Made by a program: the position numbers and the translations under genes. DNA of 64,000 nt from Bispira polyomma (taxonomy: Eukaryota). The number at the start of each line of letters is the position of its first letter. The stretch's first letter is position 1. The DNA lies in assembly GCA_965649765.1 (NCBI GenBank), contig OZ287749.1:76694001-76758000 (forward strand), read 5' to 3'. Positions 11,643-24,218 of this stretch are shown here, piece by piece. The notes under the pieces were generated by a model. That model was given only the letters and a program-made list of their open reading frames with translations, made no database searches and was not told where the DNA came from.

Positions 11643-14365
11643 TATTATTATTATTATAGATTTTTAACGCGCTTTATTGATGCTAGGCATCTTCTAAAGC
11701 GCAACAGCAGAATCATTAGTCCAATCATTAAGTCCATGGAAATTGCAGAGTCGTAAGGAAGGAAGTGGGAGCGTGCACGAGGAAAGCTAAGGTGCGTAGG
11801 CAAGATTAAAAAGATAGGTTTTAAGCTTTTTCCTAAAACCGATAAGTGTGTCAACTGATCTGAGGTCAACTGGGAGACTGTTCCATAACCGTGGAGCTGC
11901 GGTGGAGAACGCTCTGAAACCTGCCTTTCTGATTGGTCTAACCGAAGTGATAGAGAGTCTGTTGCCTCTCTTGCGGTTACTAAAGGAAAGAAGGGAGGCA
12001 AGGTAGGGTGGCTGTTGAGTGATTACAGCCTTAAAAGTGGTAACGTGAATTTTAAACAAAATTCGAAATTTAATGGGCAACCAGTGTAATTTTTTGAGGT
12101 AAGGAGTGACGTCTGTGCGACAACCCAGGCGAAAAATGACCCTACATAGGTAGTTTTGGATGGACTGGAGCTTTTTAATGTTTGACTTATTTGCTTCGTA
12201 CAAGAGAGAATTGCAGTAGTCGAGGCGGCTACTTACAAGGGCATTTGCCACAATTATCGCTATGTCCATGGACAAGTGGTTTCTGATTCTTTTGATGTCG
12301 CGTATGTGGTAGTAGCAGGAGCGACAGATGTTGGCAACATGAGTATCGAACGAAAAAGCTGAATCAAAAGTGACACCCAGGTTTTTAGCATTTTTGGAAG
12401 GTAGTATGTCTTTTCCCAGCAGGGAGATGGGAAACAAAGATTTTAGGAGTTCACTGTTTTTCTTGTTTCCTATGAGGATGAATTCTGTTTTGTCAGGGTT
12501 AAGCTTTAGTTTGGAGTAGTTCATCCACGCCTGGACATCAGACAGACAGTCTGCAAGTAGGTCTATGTTAGTATCTGCGTTTTGTGGATTGAGGGAGAAA
12601 TAGACTTGAGTGTCGTCTGCATACATGTGGTGTTTTATATTGTGTTTATTGATGACAGTGCTGAGAAGATGTGTATAAAGGGTGAAAAGTAGAGGACCAA
12701 GGACGGATCCCTGGGGTACTCCATATGGAAGTTTTATGGAAGATGATAGGTGATCATCTAGTTTAATTCTTTGTGCCCTAAGAGTAAGGTAGGATCTGAT
12801 CCATTTAAGGACACTGCCATTTATACCGAACCACTGCTTGAGAGTGTCGCAGAGCAGGACATGATCAATAGTGTTGAATGCAGCTGAGAGATCCAGAAGA
12901 GTGAGGGCCACTGTGTCGTTGCGGTCCAGTGCAAGATTGATATCATTGCTGATGGAAAAAAGGGCACTTTCTGTAGAGTGAAATTTTCTATAAGCAGACT
13001 GGTGGCGATTTTCAATGTTTTGTCTATTAAGGTGGTCAGAAATTTGTTTAGCTACAGCTTTCTCGATGACTTTTGAGACGAAGCTAAGGTTTGACACCGG
13101 TCTGTAGTTTTTGAGATGGTTTTTATCAAGCCCTTGTTTTTTAATCAAGGGCGTTACATTTGCTGTCTTGAAACAGGTGGGAAAAACACCATCCCGAAGA
13201 GAAAAATTTAATATATTTGTTATGGGTGTGACAAAAATGTCAAGACATTGACTCAGAATAACTGCTGGGATGGGATCTAAGTCACAAGATTTAATAGTAG
13301 AGGATTTGATGAGTTTCAGAACTTCAAGCTCTGACAGTGTACTAAAATGAAACAGGTTACAAACCTTATATCCTGGGGCTGGAGGATTGAAGTGATGTAT
13401 CGTTGGGAAGGCGTCACGAATGTTGCTGATTTTTTCTATAAAAAATTTTCCAAATTTTTCTGCTAAAAAAGTAAGACAGTGGTTTATGGGGAGAACCTTC
13501 TCTGATGTTCGATGCAGAATTTTGTTTATGGAGGCCCATAACCTTTTGGGATTATCCTGATTTTTGGTGATGATGGAGTCGTAGTGTTGCTTTTTGGCAT
13601 CAGTTATTAGCCTGTTGTAATTATTTGTGGCGATACGGTAACGGCTTCTGTCTAAGGAGGATTTTGTGCGTCGCCATTGACGCTCAAGTTGGCGTTTGCG
13701 TCTTTTGGCTTCTGTAATGGCGGCATTGGTCCATTCATGGTTGTTAGTTGGGGGAAGGATTTTTGATACCCATGGCGCATGTTTATCAAGGACAGTAGAA
13801 AGGCAGTGATTGTATTGTAAGCTAAGGCTTTCAGCATTTTTGCATGGATGTTTGATGAGATTAGTTTCCAGGATATCGTCTCTGAATTTGTTTATATGAA
13901 TTTTTCTGATGTTTCTGTATTTTATGACACGAGGTTTATGTGAGGCAGGTATTGGTAAATTTAAATAGGCGAAGGTTGCTAGGTGATCTGAAATCCCATC
14001 AGTTACCCATGATTCTCTGATGAGATTTGAATTTGGTCTTGCGATTACCAGATCGAGTATGTGATTGTGGATGTGGGTTGAAGTAGAGATAAACTGTGAG
14101 AACCCAAAAGTGTCGAGGAGGGTGTTGAAATCTTTTGTCGCAGTATTTTCTATGTCGAGCTTGATGTTGAAATCACCAAGGATGATAGCTTCAAATGGGA
14201 GAAGGTTAAGGGTCTCAAGGAATTCGGAAAACTCTTGAGTAAAACTAGTTAAAGAAGGGATGGGCGGTCTGTAAAAGGAGGAAACTAGGAATGAATGATA
14301 ACCGTTTGAAATTTTGCATGAAATGTGTTCGAAAGACGAGTAGGATTGGTTTTTTAGAATTTCAC
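11643..14365 (-). mobile_element. Young 5'-truncated L2/CR1-group LINE with uninterrupted partial APE endonuclease + RT ORF2
   Basis: Manual translation is stop-free from ~14417 to 11787: FYRPP, ILGDFN, ILDLVI, ISDH (APE); NYRPVSNL, GVPQGSVLGP, YADDTQ, LHWLP, FRKKLKTYLF (RT/C-terminus). 3' stem-loop gcgcttta...taaagcgc and (TAA)n tail. Confidence 0.95.
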
Positions 14366-14406
14366 AGAATTGGACAAATAAAGGAGATAACCATTCATTG
14401 GATAAT

Positions 14407-14412
14407 TTTATT
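14407..14412 (-). terminator. Candidate polyadenylation signal of the BCOR-like gene
   Basis: Minus-strand AATAAA 2.3 kb after the stop codon, followed by U-rich sequence; other AATAAA/ATTAAA sites exist in the UTR. Confidence 0.35.
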
Positions 14413-16704
14413 AGGAATTAGTGCAGTGCACTAGCTGGGGTTTACAATGTGTATTATTATGGTGTTTTCACACAAAAATATTAAATTCAATACAATTAAT
14501 TCATATAACTTACAATTGTTTTTAATACGACTTCAAAAAAAAAAATCAATAACCTACACATCATTCCCAATACACACATACACCCTATATATATAAATTA
14601 CACCTGAACAACATCAACAATAGAATATTTTTTTTTCAACATAACAGAACAAAATATAAACAAAATAAAAATCACCAGTTTGTCATCACTTAATTAAATA
14701 CTGTACTACAACAACAAAGGAGAAACAGAGAAATAAGCCAAACATTGCAATAGATTTCCCTACAAACAAAATTATATACAAGTAATAATGTCACTTAATG
14801 TGTGTGGGTTTTTTCTCTCTAAATTAATGCACTGTAACTTAAAGCAGTTTGTTTATTACACAAAAAGACTACATATCTACTGCAAAATGAAACACTTTCT
14901 GGTTCAACTTGTTCCAAGATAACAAAGATGACTGAATCCCAATTGCATGGTTTACCGTCCAAAGTTTAAAAGGTCATCATTATCAAAATAACACCTCTGA
15001 CAGTGAGATTGAATCACATTACTTCCTTCATGTGAGAAGGTTGATGGTTTCCATCACTGGTTTCTTCCACCAATAGATTTGGCGGTTATATCTTTGATAA
15101 AAAACATTTTAAATGTGACGCAAAATTCAAGTCTGTGGTCAAGAACATTGGTAAGCCATTAATACACAGTGTATACAGTAGCTAGGCTCTGAATGGACCC
15201 AAAAATTACAAATTGACTTTTGAGTCCTGGTAAGCATGCACTTAGTGTGAACCAATCCCTCGAGCCAGTTTACTAACATGCCGACTGATGTACATATAAA
15301 ACATATCGATGAAGAAATGATGAATATCTGTGGGAAAACTGGAAAATATGAGGCTAATGTATATTTGGTACTGAAAAATTAGAAAATAATTAATATATAT
15401 TACTGTTCTGTTTGAAGTGATTTTATGTGGCCACAGGTGATAATAGAACAAATTTTAGTATAGATCGTACACAAATTGGGCCCATTATGGAGTAACCTGG
15501 CTCCTAATCACACCCCCTAGTATAAGCAATATTGTGAAAATTTCTTCAAATATTCCTTTTTACAATGAACATGATATGTCCTATTGCTTTATAATAAAAT
15601 GCCTCCATTATTTTATCAAAATCTTCCTTTCCAAAAGTATATTTAAATAACACAGGTTGTACACTGGACTTTTTCATCCAGTCAAACTCCAATATCTAAG
15701 TTAAGTTACATGCCAAAATGGCAGAAATAGTTGGTAAATGGTACGTATCACAATAAGGGCACCATTTTCTTGCAACAATCTATTTAAAAAAAAACAGTCT
15801 TAGCCTCTTAGGCCTAGGGTATACCAATAAACATTACAAACATTTATGAACATTTACTAAGTCTTAAACAGTTACATAAACCTTACATAAATTACATAAA
15901 TCATTATTACTTTATTTTACATCCTTTAAAATTGTTAAACATATGTATACTCTCCAAAACATTTGGAATGTCTTGCCTTATTTTCACTTTGTTAATGTGG
16001 CAGTCACACTGTCCAAGTTCTCGCCATGTTTATACCAGTTTTCTCCTGATCATTAGAACTTGGCTGGTCGGGAGAGAATGTTCATTTGCATATATTTGCA
16101 TCCCCCGTTTATGCCCCGGATATGCCCAATTTTGACCAGATCTTACCAGTTTATGACAAATTTATGCCCAGACCTGAGCAGATTTAGAGAGTTCATCACA
16201 CGTTCATGTAACGTTAGCTCCAGATTACACCAAATTATTCCAGGCATCACTATCATCTTAAACTTTTCTAATTTAGGTTGATAAATGTTTGTGATGTTTA
16301 ATGGAATGGTTAGTAATGCAAATAAATATAGACTTGTGTTCAAACTACATACAACAATATATTGACCTTTTTATGAAGAAAACACTCTCAACAATGTATG
16401 GAACCATTCTTATAAAGAAAAACAAATCCAAGAAACAACAAACACAATGTCTTAGTATTCTGACTATCTTTCTTTAAAGCCTATTATATGAATGAACATC
16501 ACAAAACAACAGAATATCCTTGGTTTAAATGTAAAACTTAACACATAACAGTCAAAACGTCCTCGTCTTCCACACAATCTTTGAGCAATGCTTTGATAAT
16601 ATGCAGCCAAGCCTACTGCACCACATGGCACCCACACAGTGTATTAGAACAGACACTTAATTTTCAAAACCTGCAACTAACCCTACAAATCCTAGATTAT
16701 ATCA

Positions 16705-18425
16705 TCATACACATGGTGTTAAACAAGGCATTTCTTCACCTTGACCTTCACTTATCGTTTCAACCTTTTTTTCCATATTTGGTACTTCTGCTTCCTGCTT
16801 TTCCATGACTTTGACCCCTTCATCCGTGAGTTTCTCCAGGACTGGCAAAGCCTCTTCAGTGGAGCCATGCTGCTGATGTTGCTGAACTGTCAGAGATTCA
16901 TCGGTTGACCGCAATGCAAGGCCGTCACCATTATCTTCACAAATAACTTTATTTCCGTTTAAAGAAGAAGTGGATGGAAGAGACACAGGCATGTTGCTTG
17001 AGATTTCTGAATTTGTAGCAGCACTTTGGTCCTCTTGAGATGTTTCAGGTACACATGAAATTTCACAACTACTCGTATTTTTTGCTTTCTCTTTTGTATC
17101 GTCCACTTGAGACAATTTGTCTGTCTTTTCTTGCAGGACAGGTCCACATAAACTTCCATTATTACTTATACTTTCTGCAGCCTCCTCTGTTGTATGTTCG
17201 TTATTGCTACTATAGTCAACATCACTACCTGCTTTACCTTTCACAGGCTCATCAGTTTCACCTTCCTGAGGCATCAGTGATTTATTATTATCATCATCAT
17301 TCTGAACATCTTTAGGTTCCTCTTCTCCCTCTTCATTTGCCACGTCTACCACAGACAGACTACCACTCGAACATTCTTTCACACTCTCTGTTTCTTCAGC
17401 TCTAGTTTTCTCCTCAATTACCATATTGTCTCCGTCGATACCATCACCTCTACCATCACAGTTTTCAGAACATGCCAGAACCTCTTGGGCTTTACCAGTC
17501 CCATGGTTCACACTATTGTCTCCACCTGCTCCAATTGTTTTTGAACATTCTAGTTCTAATGACACACTAGCTTTGGTATCAGAACACCCAGAATTGTCAG
17601 GAATAACACTTTCATCTTCCATGTGTGGTTTAACATGGTCATTGTTTGATATTGTTGAGTCATCATGGCCATCACTTCTCTCCGCTGTGTGTTGGTTAGC
17701 ATGGTCATTGTTGGCTATTGTTGAGTCATCATGGCTAACACTTTCTTCCTTTATGTGTTGTTTAACTTGGACATTGTTGGATATTGTTGAGTCCTCATCA
17801 TTGTTGGATACTGTTGAGTCAACATGACTAACACTTTCTTCTTTAATGTGTTGTTTAACTTGGTCATTGTTGGCTACTGTTAAGTCCTCATCATTGTTGG
17901 CTATTGTTGAGTCATCATGGCCAACACTTTCTTCCTTAATGCGTTGTTTAACTTGGACATTGTTGGCTATTGTTGAGTCATCATGGCTAACACTTTCTTC
18001 CTTAATGTGTTGTTTAACTTGGACATTGTTGGATATTGTTGAGTCATCATGGCCAACACTTTCTTCCTTAATGTGTTGTTTAACTTGGACATTGTTGGCT
18101 AATCTTGAGTCATCATGGCTGACACTTTCTTCTTTCATGTGTTGTTCAACCTGGTTATTGTTGACTATTGTTGATTCATCATGGCTAACACTTTCTTCCT
18201 CTGCATGCTGTTTAACTTGCTCATTGTTGGTTGATGTTGAGTCATCATGGCTAACACTTTTTTCTTCCATGTGTTGTTTCACATGGTCATTGTTAGCTTT
18301 TGTTAAGTTTTCATGGCTGTTTCCACTTGCTAGTGGCTTGTTGGATGCTCCTGTCTGGCTGAAGTCTAACTTTCTGCTGCAGCAGGCAGTTGGGTTCAAG
18401 TCACTGGGTTCAGTTGAGTCATTTG
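16705..18425 (-). CDS. BCOR: BCOR-like, coding exon 11 (last): acidic low-complexity tail with 22-aa repeats
   Basis: Acceptor tttacgtag|CA, phase 1 matches exon 10; ORF 16705..18441 open to TGA. Confidence 0.8.
17600..18300 (-). repeat. Coding minisatellite, 66-bp unit (NNVQVKQHIKEESVSHDDSTIA), ~10 copies
   Basis: Seen directly in DNA and translation; some units carry a 27-nt NNDEDxTxx insert. Confidence 0.95.
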
Positions 18426-18703
18426 CTACGTAAATAAACACAAAAAAACATGTAATGCGGCACAGACAGAGATAGTGAAATTGAGTACTTAATTAAGGTA
18501 AACTATATATTTCTTGGGAGTTTTCAGCAATCCACATTCAAGAGAACTGTGATTGCGTCATTAAAATGTCAAGAAGAGCAGCTCTAAAGTTTAAAAGGCA
18601 CCCATAATTAGGCATATACAACTCTATCTCCATCACAAACAAAGTAAAACAATTCTAAAGAGAAAATAACATTGATGCAACTTGCAAGATTCTACCAACT
18701 TAC

Positions 18704-19035
18704 TTGGTACGCTGCCTTCTAACAACAGGCGCTCAGTAGGTGTTTCCGAGAAGCTGAGGTCATTTAAATTCCCATCCGTAAGCTCCGACCTTGCAATGTC
18801 ACACCTGTCAATCTCTAACAATGACTTCAGAGAACTGCTGGCCTCTGCAAAATCCACTTTCTTGGAGTTACCAAACACTGAATCAAGTAGGGTGTTGTCA
18901 TCAGACCCAATTTGTTGGGAGAAAGATTCTCTTGTAGCACTTCTATAGCTGAGGTCAAAGTTCAACAATTTAAAATCGTCTTCTGGAATGTCCTTCAAAC
19001 TGGAGAGATCATGCAGTAGGTAGTAATTCCTGTGT
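18704..19035 (-). CDS. BCOR: BCOR-like, coding exon 10 (PUFD-like region)
   Basis: catttcag|A ... CCAA|gtaagt; GHRNYYLLHDL resembles BCOR GPRNWLLLSDV (recalled). Confidence 0.85.
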
Positions 19036-19554
19036 CTGAAATGAAAAGGAACTGTCAATAGACTTATTTTGAGATGTATCTTCTTCGACGTTATAAAACT
19101 GAACAAAAATTATACAAGGGTTCCTTTTGAAAAAGGGTCGAGATCACGATTGTGAAATCTACTGTAAAATTACTTTGGCTATTATACCTTGAAAAGAAAG
19201 AGATTACATAAGGTAATCAGACAGACTGACAGTGTGATTGAATGTCATGTAAATATGGCAAGCCTGTAAAAAAATGTTTGTAAATTTTTAGAATGTACTA
19301 ATTTTTAAGCAGAATCTGGGTTAAACGGTAAATCTAGTGAAGTTTTCATTTATTTTTTGGCACTGTGGCATGTAGACTAAAGCTTGACAATAAACACTTA
19401 TAAACAGTACTGTACCCTGCCACTGAGGATAGCACCATGTGACAGAAGACTGCCATTTTAGGAGGGGAAACGAGTCACTGTGTATACTTAAAGTTCCAGC
19501 TAGACAATGTACATCCTAATAATATGGGAATTTTGCTGTTATCTTTTAACTTAC

Positions 19555-19690
19555 CCTTGTTCCTGATCCAGTTCTAAATAATGACATGACAGAGGCGTGC
19601 TGTCCCACAATTCAAACTCCACATCCTCTTCCCCTGAGCTGCTGTCACTGGGTGGGTCTTGAAGCACATCACATCCCAGGTGCTCCATTA
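19555..19690 (-). CDS. BCOR: BCOR-like, coding exon 9 (linker / start of PUFD)
   Basis: tattccag|TA ... GG|gtaagt; GCDVLQDPP...VEFELWDSTPLSCHY resembles BCOR GYDVLANPP...FEFEFSETPLLPCY (recalled). Confidence 0.88.
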
Positions 19691-20151
19691 CTGGAATAAC
19701 ATTAACACTCGTACAAATACAGGAGGAAAGAAACACTACTCCATTGTTGAAAACCTTTACAGTAGAAATTCTATTATTTTAAACATGGTGGGAGAGCAAG
19801 CTAATTGCTCTGATAATAGAAGATTCGTAAAATAGAAGAGGCAACACTGTAAATTCTAAGAGAAACACCTTTTTTTGTCTATGTGCACACATGATATGCC
19901 CCGATAATGCCCTCTGGCTGGTGTATGGATTTGTTATGTGACTTGCCAATGTTTTATTAAATTATTTTAGGTTTTAACAACAACAAAATAAATGAATTTT
20001 TGTTTATAGAACAAACATTAAAAACAAAAGCAAACAGACATTTTGGTCTCATAATACTAACACCTATTCAAGATCACATTTCATATTGCATCCTCTGCCC
20101 GTTAATATGAAGTTTTATTGAGGGTCACATGCACAACTTTAAACCAATCAT

Positions 20152-21420
20152 ATAGTAGAACAAATATCCAATCCTATAATAATTTACCTTTGTCCTCACA
20201 AGGTGGGGTAAATGTCCAGATATCAGATAGTAGAACAAATATCCAATCCTATAATAATTTACCTTTGTCCTCCCAGGGTGGGGTAAATGTCCAGATATCA
20301 GATAATAGAACAAATATCCAATCCTATAATAATTTACCTTTGTCCTCCCAGGGTGGGGTAAATGTCCAGATATCAGATAGTAGAACAAATATCCAATCCT
20401 ATAATAATTTACCTTTGTCCTCCCAGGGTGGCGTAAATGTCTAGATGTCAGATAGTAGAACCAATATCCAATCCTATAATAATTTACCTTTGTCCTCCCA
20501 GGGTGGGGTAAATGTCCAGATATGAGATAGTAGAAACCTTATCAATCCTATAACAAATTTACATTTGTCCTCCCAGGGTGGGGTTAATGTCCAGATATCA
20601 GATAGTAGAACAATATCCAATCCTATAATAATTTACCTTTGTCCTCCCAGGGTGGGGTAAATGTCCAGATATCAGATAGTAGAACAAATATCCAATCCTA
20701 TAATAATTTACCTTTGTCCTCCCAGGGTTGGGTAAATGTCCAGATATCAGATAGTAGAACAATATCCAATCCTATAATAATTTACCTTTGTCCTCCCAGG
20801 GTGGGGTAAATGTCCAGATATCAGATAGTAGAACAAATATCCAATCCTGTAATAATTTACCGTTGTCCTCCCAGGGTGGGGTAAATGTCCAGATATCTGA
20901 TAGTAGAACAAATATCCAATCCTATAATAATTTACCTTTGCCCTCCCAGGGTGGGGTAAATGTCCAGATATGAGATAGTAGAAACCTTATCAATCCTATA
21001 ACAAATTTACATTTGTCCTCCCAGGGTGGGGTTAATGTCCAGATATCAGATAGTAGAAGAAATATCCAATCCTATAATAATTTACCTTTATCCACCCAGG
21101 CTGGGGTAAATGTCCAGATATCAGATAGTAGAACAAATATCCAATCCTATAATAATTAACTTTTGTCCTCCCAGGGTGGGGTAAATGTCCAGATATCAGA
21201 TAGTAGAACAAATATCTAATCCTATAATAATTTACCTTTATCCTTCCAGGGTTGGGTAAATGTCCAGATATCAGATAGTAGAACAAATATCCAATCCTAT
21301 AATAATTTACCTTTGTCCTCCCAGGGTGGGGTAAATGTCCAGATGTCAGATAGTAGAACCAATATCCAATCCTATAGTAATTTACCTTTGTCCTCCCAGG
21401 GTGGGGTAAATGTCCAGATG
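20152..21420. repeat. 75-bp tandem array (~17 units) derived from the exon 8 / intron 8 junction
   Basis: Unit tagtagaacaaatatccaatcctataataatttacctttgtcctcccagggtggggtaaatgtccagatatcaga; on the minus strand each unit contains ...GAGGACAAAG|GTAAAT. Confidence 0.97.
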
Positions 21421-21466
21421 TCTACCCTATCCTTGTGCTTCACACCACTCACATCTTGTAGGTGAC
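21386..21466 (-). CDS. BCOR: BCOR-like, coding exon 8 (81 nt; not in ORF track)
   Basis: ccttacag|GT ... AAAG|gtaaat, phase 1-1. Encodes (G)HLQDVSGVKHKDRVDIWTFTPPWEDK, aligning by eye with the BCOR post-ankyrin YLNDLQG...WDF segment. Confidence 0.8.
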
Positions 21467-22570
21467 CTGTAAGGTTATCCAGATACCACAATAAATGTTA
21501 ATCTAAGCAATATTTTCAGTAAGTTTAACTGTTCATTTTGGAAGCAATTTCTAGAGGTACTATAGAGATCAATAGTACGATCGATGTATTATTTGTTACA
21601 TAAAAATCAGAAGCAATAGAAGAGCATCTTGGTTGAAACCAGATTAACCAGTGGAACATATTCGCTCAAAAACATAACAAGTGTAACCTTAGGGTGTTTC
21701 CTTCATACTGTCATTTTTCTTCATTTTAGAGACATCCTTACTATGCCAATTAGCATTCACATATTGTCCCATTTGGTCACTTGACTGCTTATTGTTAAGT
21801 AGGTCTCCTGTATATATGAATATCCCGCTTATCCGACCAAATGGTCATGTATCCGGCAGCGATTGAATAAAGAGACTTCTTCTGAAATTATTCCACTGGA
21901 GAGATTACTGAATAACAATGACTAGTACCGAGCCACAGGTACATCAAAAGATGTGGGGGGCTTGTGCTATAAACATGCAATTATGAAGTGGATGTGATGA
22001 AATTATGTTGTTAGCTGTAAAGCTGTGATGATTACTTGCAAGATTGATGTATCAGTCAACGGTGAGAAATATAGTGATGCATAGAGTCCAGGCTTTGCGA
22101 CACCATTATCTATAGTTTACTCCCTATTTGCCAAATTTTAGAATGCGGCCAGAGGCATATCGTTGCCATGGAAAAATAAAAATAACTAGATGGATAAAAT
22201 TGTAAGTTTATGTTCATCTTACACTTAAATTCAAAGTTATATTGTGGAAAAATCGGTTGAGTTTAGGTATGTATCAGACCTTTATTTAGTCGAAATTGTT
22301 TTTTGGAAGCATGGACAACAATTCGGTCCACATCGACGATACTCGATGCAAATGACATACTACGACTCGCACCTTTAGTTAGCTGTGATAAAAACCATAG
22401 CAGAAGTGGAAAATGACTATTTTTTAACAAAAATATGCGTGTAAACATTTGTAAATTGGAAGCCTAACTTATGAAACTAATGTTAAAATAATCATTTTTC
22501 TGTGACACCCAAAACCTATTGAACATATTGATATAGATGATCCATCATTCCATATACACAGGTATCTCAC

Positions 22571-22716
22571 CTTTGATAAGTCTCTGCATGTCTGGTGTGC
22601 GGGCAATCTTGAGTGGGGTCTTTCCCGAGTATGTGGATGTATGTGGGTCAGCTCCGTGTGCTAATAGCAAACGCACCAGCTCTAATCTGTTGTGATCTAC
22701 TGCGTCATGTAGTGGC
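22571..22716 (-). CDS. BCOR: BCOR-like, coding exon 7 (ankyrin repeat)
   Basis: tttcag|G ... AAAG|gtgaga; RPLHDAVDHNRLELVRLLLAHGADP...TYSGKTPL. Confidence 0.93.
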
Positions 22717-23610
22717 CTGAAACAATGACTTACTACGCTCAACACCTGTGTATAGGAACTGCCTCAACAAATTTGAATTTAGTTGGGTCTTACATTGCTT
22801 TCAACAGCTCAGGTGAAATCACAGCGGCCAGATTTAATGCTGTAGCACTGTAAACCACTGACCTACGGCAAGACACAAGTACCTGTCAAACTTTCTCATA
22901 TGAAGGAACAAATAGTATTTAAACCTACATTAGTGAGAGGTCAGGGACTATTAGCAAGCGCTTCTAACCACTATGGGCTTAACTGCCTCAATAATTGTCA
23001 TTCATGTTTATTTTTAAGTTTAGGTTTAACATAGCTTTCTACAAGTTTTGTCTCATATCAGGATGCTTGGTGGAGGAATTCAGAGCAGGGTAGTCTGTCC
23101 ACTTACACGCCAGGGCTGAGCTTAAAAACCCATAACTTCTGAGGTGGTAGGCGAGTGTTTAACCACTACACCAACAAGGCCGAATTGGAAGGCATGTTTA
23201 TATACAGATAAAATATCACAACTTTAGAAGGATACTCAACAGAGCTCATACCTCCGCCACACAGTGCCAAAGAGTGAAAATCAAGTGATCCATTCACCTT
23301 TCTACAATGATCCAACCCCCCACACATAATTAGTGGATCGTATACATGCTAGGGCCAACTACAGAGGTAGATGGAGATTGTGTTACCACTAAACCACCAA
23401 GGTCTTAAAGGATCAAGAGAAATACATCCTGTTTACAGCTATAGATCATGTACGCCTCCCCTTATATTTTATGCGAGACATTTAGGATGGGCACCTAATC
23501 AAAACTCAATTTTTGCTAGGAATCCTGATATTAAAAAATGAATAAATTTTGATTGCAACACTAATGAGACTGGGACCAAACAGAGCTCCTCTACATTCCT
23601 AAGAGAGCAG

Positions 23611-23691
23611 GTTACCCATCAGACAGACTACTACCATGTTACCCATCAGACAGACTACTACCATGTTACCCATCAGACAGACTACTACCAT
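23611..23691. repeat. 27-bp tandem repeat x3
   Basis: gttacccatcagacagactactaccat repeated perfectly three times. Confidence 0.95.
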
Positions 23692-23720
23692 GCGTAGACG
23701 TATATCAGAGAATTTCTGAC

Positions 23721-23887
23721 CTGGTTCCATCTTGTGCTGCCTTGTTGACATCAGCCCCGTGCTTTAGTAGTGACTTGGCCACCCGTAGTCTGCCTGTCAC
23801 ACAACTCTCATGTAATGGTGTGTAGCCTGCGTGATCTCGGGCATTTACACTAAACAGCTTAGCCTCGATACAACGAATGGCCAGCTC
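23721..23887 (-). CDS. BCOR: BCOR-like, coding exon 6 (ankyrin repeat)
   Basis: tatccag|GAG ... AG|gtcaga; VNARDHAGYTPLHESC...LLKHGADVNKAAQDGTR. Confidence 0.93.
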
Positions 23888-24218
23888 CTGGATAAACACA
23901 AAATACACATATATATATATGCAGTGTAAAATACATTTTAATTGGCATTTGTTTACTTTATCTCTATAGAGTAAGGAATCTACAATTCGCCAGTGTATCT
24001 GAAATTTGCCACATAGAAAATGTGTTTTTGGTAGATTTCTGGGTAATATTCGCTGAAATTGAAATTTCTATGACTATTTTGCCATACTTATCTACTAAAT
24101 TCCAGTTATTTTTTTTGTCAGTTTTTATTGATTTGGCTTAAATTTTAGGGGTTTGTGAATATTAGAAACAGTGGCAAAATTCGGTGTGATCTAATTTATC
24201 AATGCAATGACTTCTCAC

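Noticed and set aside
20118-21286. Repetitive ORFs on both strands and CRISPR-like periodicity
   Set aside because: These are by-products of the 75-bp unit. Units are contiguous with no unique spacers, there are no cas genes and the context is eukaryotic.
21467-21505. Longer exon 8 using the upstream acceptor ttgcttag
   Set aside because: It gives an immediate in-frame TAA; the ccttacag acceptor at 21467 fits phase and homology.
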